NCBI GenBank assembly: GCA_965644295.1 | Contig: CBFFRP010000053.1 | Location: 25,826 to 89,825 of the forward strand | DNA from: Paraphysomonas bandaiensis | Lineage: Eukaryota > Protista > Chrysophyceae | Length of the DNA: 64,000 nt | Direction of reading: 5' to 3' | Position numbers and translations under genes: made by a program | The notes under the pieces: generated by a model | Told to the model about the DNA's origin: nothing | The model's input: only the letters and a program-made list of their open reading frames with translations | Database searches by the model: none | Shown: positions 27,792 through 40,540 of the stretch, piece after piece | Layout: each line of letters opens with the position of its first letter | Numbering within the stretch: the stretch's first letter is position 1

Positions 27792-28280
27792 TTTCATATT
27801 GTATTATGTGACTTCGAATGCTCGTATTCTGTTGTTTATTGATATGCAGTTTGTATTCTGATTATAAATGACTTTTTTCTGTATCTTGGTACTACATGCT
27901 GAAGACTACTTGATCTTCGTTTTGAATGGTGTTTTGTGTGTTTAAGTTTTCTAATTTTTCCAATCTGGGATTGGTAATAGACCATATTTCACTTATTCAA
28001 TAGTAACCAGCGATTTCGTTGAATTAACTAAGCAGTTGATGTAGCAATTTTTGTAATGGTTGTAGCTATTTATGAGGCATGAGAAGACTGTGTTTATTAA
28101 TTACAAATGCAATGTATAAAATTTACTGTTCAAAGTATATAGAAAGACTACATTGACTTAAACGCATAGAAGGAACAGCACTCAAAGTTAGACTAACTTG
28201 TATGAGTTTAATCAATATGTATATAGGATACAACTGATTCAATGTATATATAATTTACTTTGATTCAGGCGTGTTTACAC

Positions 28281-29391
28281 CAGGGATAGGGAAAAATATA
28301 TTGCAATACAATTGTTAGATAGCGTTCCATCAATAGTATTGATGGAGTTCTTAAACCGGCCCTACAATACTTTTGCAATATATTGTACAATATATTGCCA
28401 TATATTAGTATGGCTAATTAGTAAGTAAACACATCCGTAGTTTTTAGTACTTGTCATTATATGGTCTAAGGTCACTTGATAATCGAACCCACTACTCTTA
28501 ACTAATTAAAAGTTTCCTCATACTCATCCTCTGAGCCATCATCGGTGACATAATCATCACCATATTCATCCAATATTAATTGAAATATGTTGAGTTCTGC
28601 TGTTGGAGCAATTAAAAGCTGTAATTCTAAGGTATTGGAAGTATGCCCGTTAGTCGAAGAATACAGTAGTGGTTAACAGTATTATGAGAACTAACAACAT
28701 GATGGCTACTGTAGTAGTGATCACACAAGATAGTGACGATGTAAGATCGTACGAGAAATGATTGGTCGTAGAGATAACATGAAATTGATGAATGAGAAGA
28801 GATATTGATTATAATTTTATAGTAAGATTAATGAGTGAATACACGTCCAGCTAACTTAGTAAATCATCGAATTGTGTTATAACTTGACAAAATATGCTTG
28901 CATCCGGCCACAACTGTCGGTTAGCTTTCAGAAACAACAGCATATTAGGTGTAGTAGGATGCATACGTTTGCGCAATAATGATATAATCAGTTTTGCTGC
29001 CCTGAACAGGCGTTCACATGTATTGGTAGTACATACTACATGACTCGTGCACCAATACTTAGATATTTCAACTTCCCGTTTCTTAAATTTTTGAGATGAT
29101 TGAATAATTTTTTCCGCATAATAGCCAACTTCAGCTTCGTCATCCTCTGTATTGTTGCAAAAATCACTGTCTGAACGGAGATTTACATAGATGGACTTAT
29201 ATTTTTTACCCTACAGTTATTAAGAAGCTTCCTCTATATGACTATCATACTATCATAATATTGATTGCTATATATTGCAATATATTGTGAGCTACTTTAA
29301 CAGTAACAATATTGATGGAATATTTGACCAATCAATATATTTAACAATATATTACACAATGTATTGTAAAATATATTGTTCCCTATCCCTG
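28281..29391 (-). mobile_element. Non-autonomous hAT DNA transposon (deletion derivative)
   Basis: TIRs CAGGGATAGGGAA(A/C)AATATATT at both ends. Internal minus-strand remnant TTNTCERLFRAAKLIISLLRKRMHP..MLLFLKANRQLW (~28910-29050) is hAT dimerisation-domain-like. No clean TSD. Confidence 0.8.
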
Positions 29392-29597
29392 ATTACCTTT
29401 GAAGCAGTACTTTCATTATTATCATATTATCTACCTTATACTGCATTCAGCCAATTAAAAACAGTCATATATAAACCACTTTAATTATACGCTTCTGAAA
29501 TATGTCGTATTAAATAGCTATACACAGCATATTGGCTGAAACTAATTTAAAATAGAATAAATTTCAGTCGTCAAAATGATAAACAAATAACACTGTT

Positions 29598-32500
29598 CTA
29601 AAACACGGTAGCACGCGCCGCCGTTCTCTTGGCTGCAGGTTTAGCTAACATTTCATCAACTGAATTGACTCTATACGTTTGCTTGGGAACAGCTTGCAAG
29701 AGGTTTTCCCAGTGGCTATTCCTAACTTTCGCGATACAACAGCATACCAACGCTATATTTACATTCATCAGTAGCTTTAATGTCAGAATAAAACACATAC
29801 CATTCGTCGAAGCGGATCGTACTGTCATTACCCGCACACGATCTTCCTCCTCAGGCGTCATTGCCCTGGCAAGGAAATTCTTGTCATCCGTAATATTTCC
29901 GCTTATAATAGAATCTACAGAAGCGCAATCGATTCCATCTGCTCCCCCCAAACTGGCAACAACACTTTCATTAGATGCCTTGTTGAGCTTCATCATGACA
30001 GCTAGGGCTTCGTTACGACGTAGTTTCTCTATTTTCATCATCTCCACGAGACTGTGAAGGAGATATGGGCTCTGCATCTGTGCTGCCTGGAGATGAGGCA
30101 TCCCTAAGAACACCTGATCAATAGCATTCTGATCCACAGTGAATGTATATTCCTCATTCCTGCAGACACATGAACTATACAAAGTATATAGCGTGGTTTT
30201 TCTTACCCCTGGAAGCAAAATGCATTAATTTTGATGCACTCTTCTCTTGGAAGCCAGTACACGACAAGGTTGATCGGCTCACCTCCCATCCTGAGTGTCA
30301 ACTGTGATATCACTTGGTCGTCTATGTCTTTGTTAATCATTCTCTCCAGCATAGAGTATTTCTCAGGAAGAGAGTCACTTATATGCGATCTGATATCCTC
30401 TATAGAGTTAGAACGCAAATTCAGGGAGTCCGCAGAACCATGCTTTGTACTTGTTTCCTGTGCTACCTCTGTTATCATCTTTCGTGTCTCAAAATCATCA
30501 TCGTCATCACTACTAGTATTATGGACACTTCTGTTTGAGTCACTGTCGTCTGATGAGTCACAGATATTGGACGAGCTCTTTATGATATCACTCGGCTTAA
30601 GGATACGAGGACTCTCTGTTGTATCAAACTTTGGAACAAACTTGGGAATTCTATACTTCTCATTTACAACCATAGCTCCGCGCTTTTCAGCAGCATTCTG
30701 AGCAGATATCTGAAACTTGCGTACCAGAGTCTGCATGCGGCGCTTGCGCTCGGTCTTTCGAGCGAGTCGATCATTTTCCGAGGTCTGTCTATTCCTTCCT
30801 CGTGTCGAAGTTACTGGTGCAAACTGGACCCCTCCTGACTTTCCAGCGCCTCCCAATGAAAGATCAAGCTTATTTTGCATGTCGGGATTCATTGAATACA
30901 CAGATGCCTGATGTCGAACAGCTGGGCCACGGGCAACTTTCATGAGTTGAAGTACCAGTTGCTGCGGAGCACAAGGACATGGGGATTCAACCACATTACT
31001 CTGTAGAGAGGTCATACAGAAATACAAAACTTCTAGATTACACTCACCGCCTGCATAGAAAGCCGGTGGAATGCCATCCACTCTTGATACTGTCTGACTC
31101 CTTTTCCAAGCAGTTGCACTCCAGACTGCACTGCTGTATCATTCCGTTCAGCTGTAGCGGAGGTCTGAGGTCTAGATGGCGGGAACGTGTGTTTAACTGT
31201 GCCACCATTTCCAGGGAGGGATATCGTCACACCATTCATAATCTTTCGGCTACTACTACTATCACCAGCTTCCTGTTTCATACCGAGAAGGTAGTTCCAG
31301 TCAGCATCAGTATTCTCATAAGTTTGAGCGGCGTACTCAGCAGCAGACATTTGAAGCTTCCTCCACACTGACCGACACTCCAACGCTGTCAGTGCAGCTT
31401 TCATCTCATCACAGTCCATCGACTGCCATGCTTCAGCATTAGAAGAAACTGAAGGGGATTCTGTACTTGGCTGTTGAGTATTGAAAGGTACACGGTTGAG
31501 AGATTCACTCTTCTTGTGTCGCGAATTGTGTCTTGGGCTAGGAGCACTCGAACTTGGTGGGACCACAACATCATCACTATTCGCTGTCACTGCCCGGTCC
31601 ATTGCCTGAGCAAGGGCGCTCCCAGTGTGAATATACAATTGCCTCATCCAGCGCTCTGTTAGAGAGAAATTCTTCTGAACGTATTGCTTCGTGGTCGTGT
31701 TGTCCATGCTTCGTCTCCTAGACATTCCGCCTGTGCTCTCTTTCGGGTCACTATCATGAAGATTTGCACTGGCATTTCGATCTTCATGTATAGGAATTAT
31801 ATCCCCTGTGGCTAGGTTTACCTCTTTAGAGTGGATTTCTGTGTCTTCTGAAGGTGGATTCTGGACAGCGATATTAGCAGCAGAGGCAACGTGTTTGCCA
31901 TTTGTAGCAGCAGATGCTATATCCTCCTCAAGAGCGTAGTTTAGGTCAAGCAAGAGACTACGCATTTGTCGGCGTTGCTTCTCGAGTGCACTCACTTCTT
32001 TCTGCAAAATCGCTATATCAGAGAGAGTTTTCTCATTCGCAGACTGAGTATTGAAGTTGAGTGTGCTGAGGGCAAGTTTAAAAGAATGGGCGTGAATCAT
32101 TCCCTTGCCTCCTTGTCGATTTGTACTCTCTGTGATAGCCTTAATATCGCAGGCGAGAGATCTAAGTGCCACCCACTCTCCCACAAATCCTTCAAGTGAT
32201 GATAGTGCAGCCATTGATGCGCTGGAATCCATGTCTGCAGTCAACCAGACCTGCAGCGCTGGCCACACAGAACTCCATCGTGAATACGTTTTAAGCATTT
32301 CAGTCTTGGCCAGAGTACACTGTTGTATACTCTCCTTCGTGTTAGACTCCCATCCGCCACCCATATTTGCAATGGCAGTTATGTGCTCTTCCACTGCAGA
32401 CAGCTGCTCCAGTATACTGGCTTTGAGACTTCGCACCTCATTCATTTCACGCTAAACCTTTATTACCAACAACGATATGACATATGACATCTTTACACAC

Positions 32501-32911
32501 CTGATTCACTTCTTTCGCCTTTTCAAGAAGTGTACCAAAGCTCTCAATCTTCTCGTGTATTTCATCTAGACGATATGCAGCTGGTATCCACGTTAATGCA
32601 ACCACAACAATGTGAAACACTATTTGTACTTACACTGGTTCATATCTCGTCGAATAAGTTTCTGACGTGCTCTATTCGCATCTAAAACTTTTAAAACTCG
32701 ACGCTTCTTCCTATCAAGAACCTCCAACTCCCGCTCCATCCCTTTAATTTTGTCATTATACTTACTCAACTGGGCATCTATTTCCATTTCTTCTCGTTTA
32801 ATCTGTATGATCAGAAACATCATAAGAAACTGTATATATATGAGTTTATACATCACTTACTTTACTGATATTAGCCTTACGGCTATCCTCCTCATGTGTG
32901 TGAGATATCAT
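29598..32911 (-). CDS. Multi-exon hypothetical coiled-coil protein
   Basis: Consecutive minus-strand ORFs (32620-32856, 31033-32445, 30203-31081, 29598-30218) are linked by short GT-AG introns. Likely first coding exon is 32911..32861 (MISHTHEEDSRKANISK|gtaagt). Confidence 0.65.
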
Positions 32912-33906
32912 AATTCACAACTGGAACTGCTATATATACAGTTAGTTATATAACATAACAAGATAACTATCTATACAACTGTATATATAACTATACACAC
33001 ACGCATACACATATACATAGAGTGAGAGAGGGATGACAATACTGTGAACATCAGATGTTAAATACACAGTCCGTTACTTGATAATTACACATACCTCTAC
33101 ATACATACATACACATGACTATACAGTTAACTTACCAGATAATAAGACACTACACTGTGCGATAAGATCCTATCAATTCACTACTGTTTACAATCTCATT
33201 ATATAGATGTTGTTAATAGATTCATAGTGATGAAGTTGTATCATATATATATGAGCTCCTCCACAGTGTTATTAATATATGGAACGACTCGTCTATATAT
33301 ACATACATATACATACATATACATGTACATTGACAGAATTGATGAACGTATTTTTTTATATGAGAGGACTCTTATATATGAAATTGATCGTTAAGGAATA
33401 CCATCCTGTTAAAAGTAACGTTTGTTTTTGACTTTCTATTCAGTATTTTCCTAGATTTTTATTGTGAATACAACACTGTATTCTACGGTATTGTATTGGG
33501 CATCGCATCTGTGAACTACAGTGTATACCTAATACTACAAAGAGTAGAGTAGCTTGATTGAAAATGGGGAATACATCGTATACAGTGCGGTAGTCAGTAG
33601 GCTTCTTCTATGTGTTTTGTACGTAGTTGTGGTATGGTAGAGTAGAGTATGATAGTGTAGTGTGAGGTGATGGTGGGGTATGTATGTCAGATGTCAGTAT
33701 ATACGAGGTGTGTAGTATGCTGTGGTTCTATATGTATGTGTATGTATAGTAGTATGCAGCAGTATGTATATATATATGCAGCCGTACATTGCTATGCATA
33801 TACATACATAGAGAGGCTCCAGCCCTCTGCATATCAACCACAACATTCCTACACCATACCATACAACACTAAATAACCTCCACTATTATACTACAATTAA
33901 ATAACA

Positions 33907-34895
33907 ATGAGAGTTCTTGTTGGAGTGAAGAGAGCAGTTGATTATGCAGTGAAAGTACGTGTACTTCCTGATAAAACGGGTACAATATACACCAATGCAC
34001 ACATACATACATAACACTAACATATATATATATATAATTATAGGAGTTGATTTAGCGAATGTTAAGATGTCAATGAATCCTTTTTGTGAGATTGCTGTGG
34101 AAGAAGCCATTCGATTGAAAGAAAAGAAAGTTGCTAAAGAGGTAATGTGTATGTTTAGATAATTCATTGATTGTATATCATATAATTCACTTTATTAATA
34201 GGTTGTTGCGATTTCTATTGGACCAAAAGCATGTGTAGAGACCCTTCGAACTGCACTTGCAATGGGTGCTGACAAAGGTATCCATGTGACAACTGATGTG
34301 AGGACCGATCAGGGCATCTCCCCATTGGCTGTGTCCAATATCATTGCCCACTTTGCGAAGAACGAGGAGGCGGATCTTGTCATCGTCGGCAAACAAGCTA
34401 TTGATGGTGATAATGCCCAGACTGGCCCTATGGTTGCAGGTCTTCTTGGGTGGTCTCAGGGAACTTTTGCCTGTGGCATGGAGGTCGATGGCCAGGTGAG
34501 CATCTCATGTAGCGCTGATTTGAGCTAACAGAAAATTTCATATGCAGAAGCTTATTCTGGACAGAGAGACTGACAGTGGCACGGAGAAGCTCTCCCTTAA
34601 GTTGCCATCTGTCGTCACTGCTGACCTTCGCCTGAATGAGCCTCGATACGCGACCCTTCCCAATATCATGAAGGTGACGTGTGTGTGTAGTGCGTGTGAC
34701 GGACGTAACGCTTTATGTGATTAGGCCAAGAAGAAGCCTATTAATACTGTGGACGCAGCCTCTCTTGGTATTGATATGGAACTCAAGAACACTGTTGTGA
34801 GTGTTGAGGATCCCCCAGTGAGGAAGGCTGGTGTGATAGTGGAGTCGGTGGATGAGCTGGTCAACAAGCTCAAGAACGAGGCCGGTGTTATTTAA
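33907..34895 (+). CDS. ETFB: Electron transfer flavoprotein beta subunit; multi-exon
   Basis: Motifs [92 protein letters not shown] and KLKNEAGVI*, with four short GT-AG introns. Confidence 0.97.
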
Positions 34896-35506
34896 GTGTA
34901 TTGGCTGCAAATTTACTGTGTGCTTGTTAACCGTAGCCGAGTACTATGAGGACCAAGTTAATAATTACTATGTTGAATACATGATCGTTCTTGTTGGGTA
35001 TCAGAAATCGCATGTTCTCACGCCTAGTCGAGTACTTAGCCTTCAGTCAATGGTCGAAGCTATAGAGTATATAAAATAGCTTCGATCATTACGTCGATTG
35101 AGTTTAGTAAAGAGTAAAGTTAAAATGTTTCCTACTATGATGTTTCCACGTGACTTTTTTTTCTCTCCCTCACACACCAATTTGGACCACACTGAACAAG
35201 ATAGTAGTGAATGTCTGATTATTAGCAGTAGGCGTTTAAGAGTCAGGACTAATGTACCAAAATATAACAGCCCGGATGCTTGACTTCCGTAGGCAGTCCA
35301 GTATCCCGGATGCCTTTGAGGTGGGCCTATTCCCGGATGCCTGTTTTTTCGTCAAGGCTCAAAGATGTCTACACAAGTGACACTATTTAGTGTCCCTTGT
35401 ACCACACAATCATTTGGTTATGAGCGAGCAGAACGTTATCTGTTGACTATATATGCGGCTCCCGTTAGTTTCCCAGGGAGAATCTCTCCGGTACTTATCC
35501 CCCATA

Positions 35507-36015
35507 TATTGAAAGTCTTATTATTAGCAATAGGCGTTAAAAACCTGCACTAACTTAGTAGCTAGATGAATGCTAGACAAACTAGTTAGACCTCTACCTG
35601 TAACTAATCCGTACACACTTTTTTATCCTACTATTTAACGCTACGGAAGCTGCTTGTGCGTCGCCGCAAGCACCAAGGTGCGACCACTTCCGCTCTGAGT
35701 TCTTAAGGTGAACATCCCGGATGCTTGACTTCAGCAGGCAGCCCAATACCCCGGTTACCCTTCAGGTGGGCCCTGTCCCGGATGCCCTTGAGGTGGACCC
35801 ATTCCCGGATGCCTGTTTATTCGTCAGGGCCCAAAGACGTCTACACAAGTGACACTTATTGGTGTCCCTTGTACCACACAAGCATTCGGCTATGAGTGGG
35901 CAGAAGAATATCTGCTGACTATGTTTGCGGCTCACGTTAGTTTCCCATGAGAAATAACTTCGGTACTTATCCCCCAGAACACCACGAAAAGGTGCGAGTC
36001 CGACTTTGTTGAGGG
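35507..36015 (-). mobile_element. Full-length retroposon copy B (ribozyme head plus LINE tail), nested in copy C
   Basis: Perfect 14-bp TSD acttatcccccata at 35493-35506 and 36016-36029. Closely similar to copy A. Confidence 0.9.
35928..36015 (-). ncRNA. Putative HDV-like ribozyme at the 5' end of copy B
   Basis: Assignment by eye: CCCTCAAC(P1) AAAGT CGG-A-CTCGC(P2) ACC(P3) TTTTCGT(L3) GGT(P3') GTTCTGGG(P1') GG ATAAGTAC..P4..GGAAA CTAAC(J4/2) GTGAG-CCG(P2'). Confidence 0.65.
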
Positions 36016-36442
36016 ACTTATCCCCCATAACACCACAAAAAGGCTGCGAGGCCGACTTTGTTGAGGGGTATAGTATGTCTTTTGTATATTATATATCATA
36101 TATGGTATATGGGTATAGTATGTAGTATACCGAGTGAAGGTACTGTTGGTTTGCATATAATTATAAGGTACTGTTGGTTTGCAAATACATTCATCTTTCT
36201 ACATTGTGGTAAAACCGTGGATACTTATTGTGCCAGAGGCAATGCTTTGTTTTGAACATCAGTGGAATAGATGAATACAAATGACGTAGCAGTGTTAACT
36301 AACTATATATTGTCTCTGAGGTGTTCAAGACAAGAAGCAGAAATTGACATTTAACCAAGTGTGAAATGACACTGCAAAAACTACAAACTGTAAACCACAT
36401 AACTAGTCTACAATTATTTAGAATGCAATTAGAAATTTTAGG

Positions 36443-36665
36443 TAGTGAATATCTTATTAGCAATAGGCGCGTAAGAGACAGAACTAATTTAGCAGAGAAA
36501 TTTAACTAACTAGTGCTTAACCCTTATATCCTACTACTTTTAATGCTACGAAAGTGCTTGTGCGTCACCGGCATCGGCTGATTTCAGGATTTTGGAGTAC
36601 TTGAGGTGAAGAGCCTGGATGCTTGACATCACAGTCCAGTATCCCGGATACCGTTGAGGTGGGTA
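36443..36665 (-). mobile_element. Degenerate 5'-truncated copy E of the retroposon family
   Basis: Contains ttattagcaataggcg, atcctact, gcttgtgcgtc, ggatgcttgac and cccggat..gaggtggg in the same order as copies A and B. Confidence 0.6.
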
Positions 36666-37140
36666 ACAACGCCTGTTTACCATTAATTGTTAATTGTTAC
36701 AAGGCCGTATATATATTATATATCTGTATGTGCTGATAATCGTGTTAATTTTATTGTATTTCATTTAGGAAATTATATACAATAAACAAACCAATAGTGT
36801 AGTTTTGTGTTTCGTTTTGGGCCCATTAATCGGTAACTTGTTCTCCTAATCACCATTAATGGGTACCCAACTTTGATACCTTTTAAACCTTCACTATACT
36901 ACAATTGATATTTCATTCATTTACTCCTTTTTATATAGTTATCAAAGAATCTTCTTACAGTGTTGACTAGAATATATGATGTCAACATGAATAACCGTGA
37001 TTGAATTTATTTTACTTATATGCTCTGAACAGTTACACTCGCTAAAATTAATAATACAACTGAAGTATGCAGGTAATGCATGACATACAATATTCAAGCA
37101 ACCTTCCTAATATTTCATATGTCAATATATATACGATGCT

Positions 37141-40100
37141 CTACAAATTCCGTTTTTTTAGCTTAGGAATCGCCACCGATTGTAATCTCATTTTAGCACG
37201 TAAATCGGCCGCACCTTTGCTAGGAGATTTAATGTCGCTTTTACGTACAATTTTTCTTGGCGGCAGCGCAATATCTATATATACAATTAGAAAAGAACAA
37301 TACATGACATAAATAACCATCGTACCAGAAGAATGGCTTTCATCGTCTTCATTGATGACAGAGAGTCGTGATACAGAAGAATTGTCACGAGTCTTCTTAG
37401 AAAGTTTTCTTTTAGCGCAAGATACAGACGTCACATCAGAAACTGAAATATCAGACTTCTTTCCGGAGTCGTTTAGTTTATCCTCTGTGTCATCATTCCA
37501 TGACTGAGACGTTGCAACTTTACTATGCAAAGTCATTTTTCTATTTTGAGTTTTCGGTTTTGAGTCTGCAGTAGCCGAGTTTTTCTTAACTGACGTTTTT
37601 TTCTTACTTCTACCTTTCTTCTTACTTATTGCTTTCGCAGCTTCATCAAAAATGGAAGTATCGATATTTGATGTACAGGCTATATCATCGTCACTCTCCA
37701 AGTCCGGTGGAGGAACCTCAATATCAAGCGCACTACTTGAACCATTCAATATAGTAGGTTGTTCAACAAAAGGTAAAGCAGCGCCACAGCCTTGCTCCTT
37801 TTGAGAGTTACTCGCATCTTTATCAACTGAATCTGTGGTATCACTAGATGATTGAATACTATCCTCAATTTCGTTGACAGATTCTGAATGCTCTGAAGGC
37901 ATAAGTCGTTTTGACTTTCTTTGCTTCTTATTTGATACACAGCCTTGCTCCTTTTGAGAGTCACTGACGTCTTTCTCAGCTGCATCTGTGGTCTCACGAG
38001 ATGACTGACTACTATCCCCAATATCGTTTACAGATTCTGAATGCTCCGAAGGCATAAGTCGTTTTGATTTTCTCTGAGTTTTACTAGTTGGCGCTGTATC
38101 ACTTGCTGCTTTACAGTCAGATTTTTCTGGCAGCTCTGACTTGCCTTGATCTTCACCTGAAATTTCAGTATCAGAACTTTTAGGTTTTCTACTTCTTTTT
38201 TTCGACTTGGGTTCAACTGTGTCGTGACTCCTTGAATTCTTTTGACCGCTTCGTTTTGATTTCGTCGCCTTATATTCTACCTGATTTTCATCCGCTGTAG
38301 TCTCTATATCCTTGCTTTTCATGCGTCGCCGCGAACTAGATTTTACAGTACTGCTCTTCATTTTACTTGCAGCAACTCCCTTAGAAACATCATCAGACGG
38401 ACTGTTACTCTCTTTTACAGCACTGATTTCACAACCTTGTCGTCTGTGAGTACGTTCTCTTGAGTCTACAAATCCTATTGGGCGTACTTGTTTGGCAGAA
38501 TGTATTGGCTCGAATTTCATACCCCCGAAAACTCTATAAGGAACGCCGATATCAACATAGGTATCCTCCTCTTCCTGATTCTCTGGTTGCGTTATCTCTG
38601 AAGACAAAGAAAGCGATGAAGAAGAGTTATCTTTAGGAAAACTGCAGTTCATATTCTCCTCATCACATGTAACACCCGCAGATATATCTGATTGAGGAAG
38701 ATCAGGACCACAGTTTACCTCAAGGTCACTCGATGAGGCCTGGCGAATACTTTCCAGACTTTCTTGCATTTCATTTATTGGAGACCTAATGCCTTCAACA
38801 GCAAAGGAATGACGATCGCAGAGTTGCGCAGACTCATCGCATGTACTTATTTCGCATTGCTCATTGACAGTATTGTGTTTAGTGGCATCATCATAGTTGC
38901 ATGACATCTCACCATCCACTTCTACTTCAACACTATTGGTCAACACATCATTAGAAACTGCACCGTCTTCAGCTACTTTCAATTTTCTACCACTTTCCTG
39001 GGTAACTGACTCACATTGCTCATATTGAGTCACTATTGCTGATGTCTTGAGGGACTTTTCCCGTTCCTCACGAGCCAACCACTGTTCTACCTCCTTGTCG
39101 ATTTGTGCTGTTCTCTCATCATTGATTCGTACTCGTTGCCGAATGGCTTCCATTGTTTCTAGCGCCTGCTCTGCTCGCTGACGGCACACTATATTCTCAA
39201 GGTCTCTAAGTTGTGACTTTATGCTAGCAGTCTCCTCACGCACTGCCGCTTGTACTGCTCTCACTATATCATCACCAGTGAAAGTTGAAGTGACAACAGA
39301 ATGCCTTGGAACAGCTTCGCTAGACTCAACTGAGGCACTGTCTATGTCAACTATAGTTGATACTGGTATCAAAGTTGACTTGCCTGTACTCGTGTCAGCA
39401 TGCTCGACAGACTTCTCAAGAGAATTCTTTGTAGAAGGATGAGGAGACTCCATAACGTCAGCATTACATTCACTTACAAATGTGGAATCTGGGGGAGAAG
39501 CAATCTGCTGACTACGAGAGTCGTGGGTCAGGTCCTCTTCAGATGTTGGCATAGCACTGTCATTTTGTTGAGAATTCTCAGGTACTGAGATGTTAGCAGA
39601 ATGAGATATAAATTCCATTGGTTGTGGAGCCTCAGAATCCATCTGCAATTGATTCTGTGTAGACGGCGATGTCGTAGGCTGGAGAGAGTGATCAGAATTG
39701 CCGTCATTACTAGACGTAGGGTAGATTATTTTGTCAGCTGACTCCTCTGGTTTACTGGCAGGAGGTGGAGGAGCTTGTGGGGGTGTCCGCTGGAGAGCCC
39801 TGACAGTTCGAAATGGATTAATCTCGCTACTCTCAAGTGAAAAGTCCTTCGCTTCTTCTGCTCTATCTGTGTCCCCTTTCTTCAAAGTTTCTTGCATATC
39901 GCATACATGCATCTCACTAGCTTTCACTGGATGTGTCGACATATTGCCATCAACTGAATTCCTCACTGTAGATCTCTGTGATTGTTTCAAAGATGTGGAT
40001 GGAGGAAGCTTTAAATTTGCACGAGGTGTCGGAGGCTCCCCATTTCTTGCCACAGAAGAATACGCCATTGAAGGACTTCTAAAAGCTTTAATATACTTTC

Positions 40101-40356
40101 CAAAATCTCTAGGAGTTAAGTGACTTGGAGTTTTAGCATCGACAGGAATATTCCCCACACGAGTGCTCTTACAGACTCTACGAGATGAGTTGCAACTCGG
40201 AGTGAATGTTTTCTTTGCATCGTTTTCAAGATGTTGATCATGTTTAACATTGGATTCATTTATCTCCCTGTATAGTATGATTATATTGCATATAAAGGGG
40301 TGTGTGAGTTCATACCTGTTTCTTGGAAGAGGCTGTAGAGGAGAGCGAAATACCAT
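37141..40356 (-). CDS. Hypothetical low-complexity S/E/K-rich protein with a central coiled coil and an internal ~40-aa duplication
   Basis: 1071-aa ORF with QRKSKRLMPSEHSESVN present twice. Short in-frame introns are likely near both ends. Confidence 0.65.
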   Translation of the reverse strand: MVFRSPLQPLPRNRYELTHPFICNIIILYREINESNVKHDQHLENDAKKTFTPSCNSSRRVCKSTRVGNIPVDAKTPSHLTPRDFGKYIKAFRSPSMAYSSVARNGEPPTPRANLKLPPSTSLKQSQRSTVRNSVDGNMSTHPVKASEMHVCDMQETLKKGDTDRAEEAKDFSLESSEINPFRTVRALQRTPPQAPPPPASKPEESADKIIYPTSSNDGNSDHSLQPTTSPSTQNQLQMDSEAPQPMEFISHSANISVPENSQQNDSAMPTSEEDLTHDSRSQQIASPPDSTFVSECNADVMESPHPSTKNSLEKSVEHADTSTGKSTLIPVSTIVDIDSASVESSEAVPRHSVVTSTFTGDDIVRAVQAAVREETASIKSQLRDLENIVCRQRAEQALETMEAIRQRVRINDERTAQIDKEVEQWLAREEREKSLKTSAIVTQYEQCESVTQESGRKLKVAEDGAVSNDVLTNSVEVEVDGEMSCNYDDATKHNTVNEQCEISTCDESAQLCDRHSFAVEGIRSPINEMQESLESIRQASSSDLEVNCGPDLPQSDISAGVTCDEENMNCSFPKDNSSSSLSLSSEITQPENQEEEDTYVDIGVPYRVFGGMKFEPIHSAKQVRPIGFVDSRERTHRRQGCEISAVKESNSPSDDVSKGVAASKMKSSTVKSSSRRRMKSKDIETTADENQVEYKATKSKRSGQKNSRSHDTVEPKSKKRSRKPKSSDTEISGEDQGKSELPEKSDCKAASDTAPTSKTQRKSKRLMPSEHSESVNDIGDSSQSSRETTDAAEKDVSDSQKEQGCVSNKKQRKSKRLMPSEHSESVNEIEDSIQSSSDTTDSVDKDASNSQKEQGCGAALPFVEQPTILNGSSSALDIEVPPPDLESDDDIACTSNIDTSIFDEAAKAISKKKGRSKKKTSVKKNSATADSKPKTQNRKMTLHSKVATSQSWNDDTEDKLNDSGKKSDISVSDVTSVSCAKRKLSKKTRDNSSVSRLSVINEDDESHSSGTMVIYVMYCSFLIVYIDIALPPRKIVRKSDIKSPSKGAADLRAKMRLQSVAIPKLKKRNL

Positions 40357-40540
40357 ACTCCCACTAGAGTGTTGTGTTGATAGATCAGTCGTGTGTTGCT
40401 TGAATATAAGATGATATGTATAGCTGGTATAGCTGGAGTTACTATGTTATATTTTATATGAATATGGAATCAGTTAAACAGTTTAATATCTACAACAAGA
40501 CGAACACCTCACTGGATAACATTCTAAGCCAACGGTCATA

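Larger units (their letters stand above)
35203..36068 (-). mobile_element. Older retroposon copy C (internally deleted tail), interrupted within its ribozyme head by copy B
   Basis: Body at 35271-35506 matches copy A, and its missing head resumes at 36030-36068. The tail end at 35203-35250 is related to the shared 3' tail. Confidence 0.75.

Noticed and set aside
35928-36015. Fanzor/TnpB omega-RNA or tRNA-derived SINE head
   Set aside because: No RuvC-like ORF and no cloverleaf or A/B boxes were seen. Variable TSDs and a LINE tail point to retroposition.
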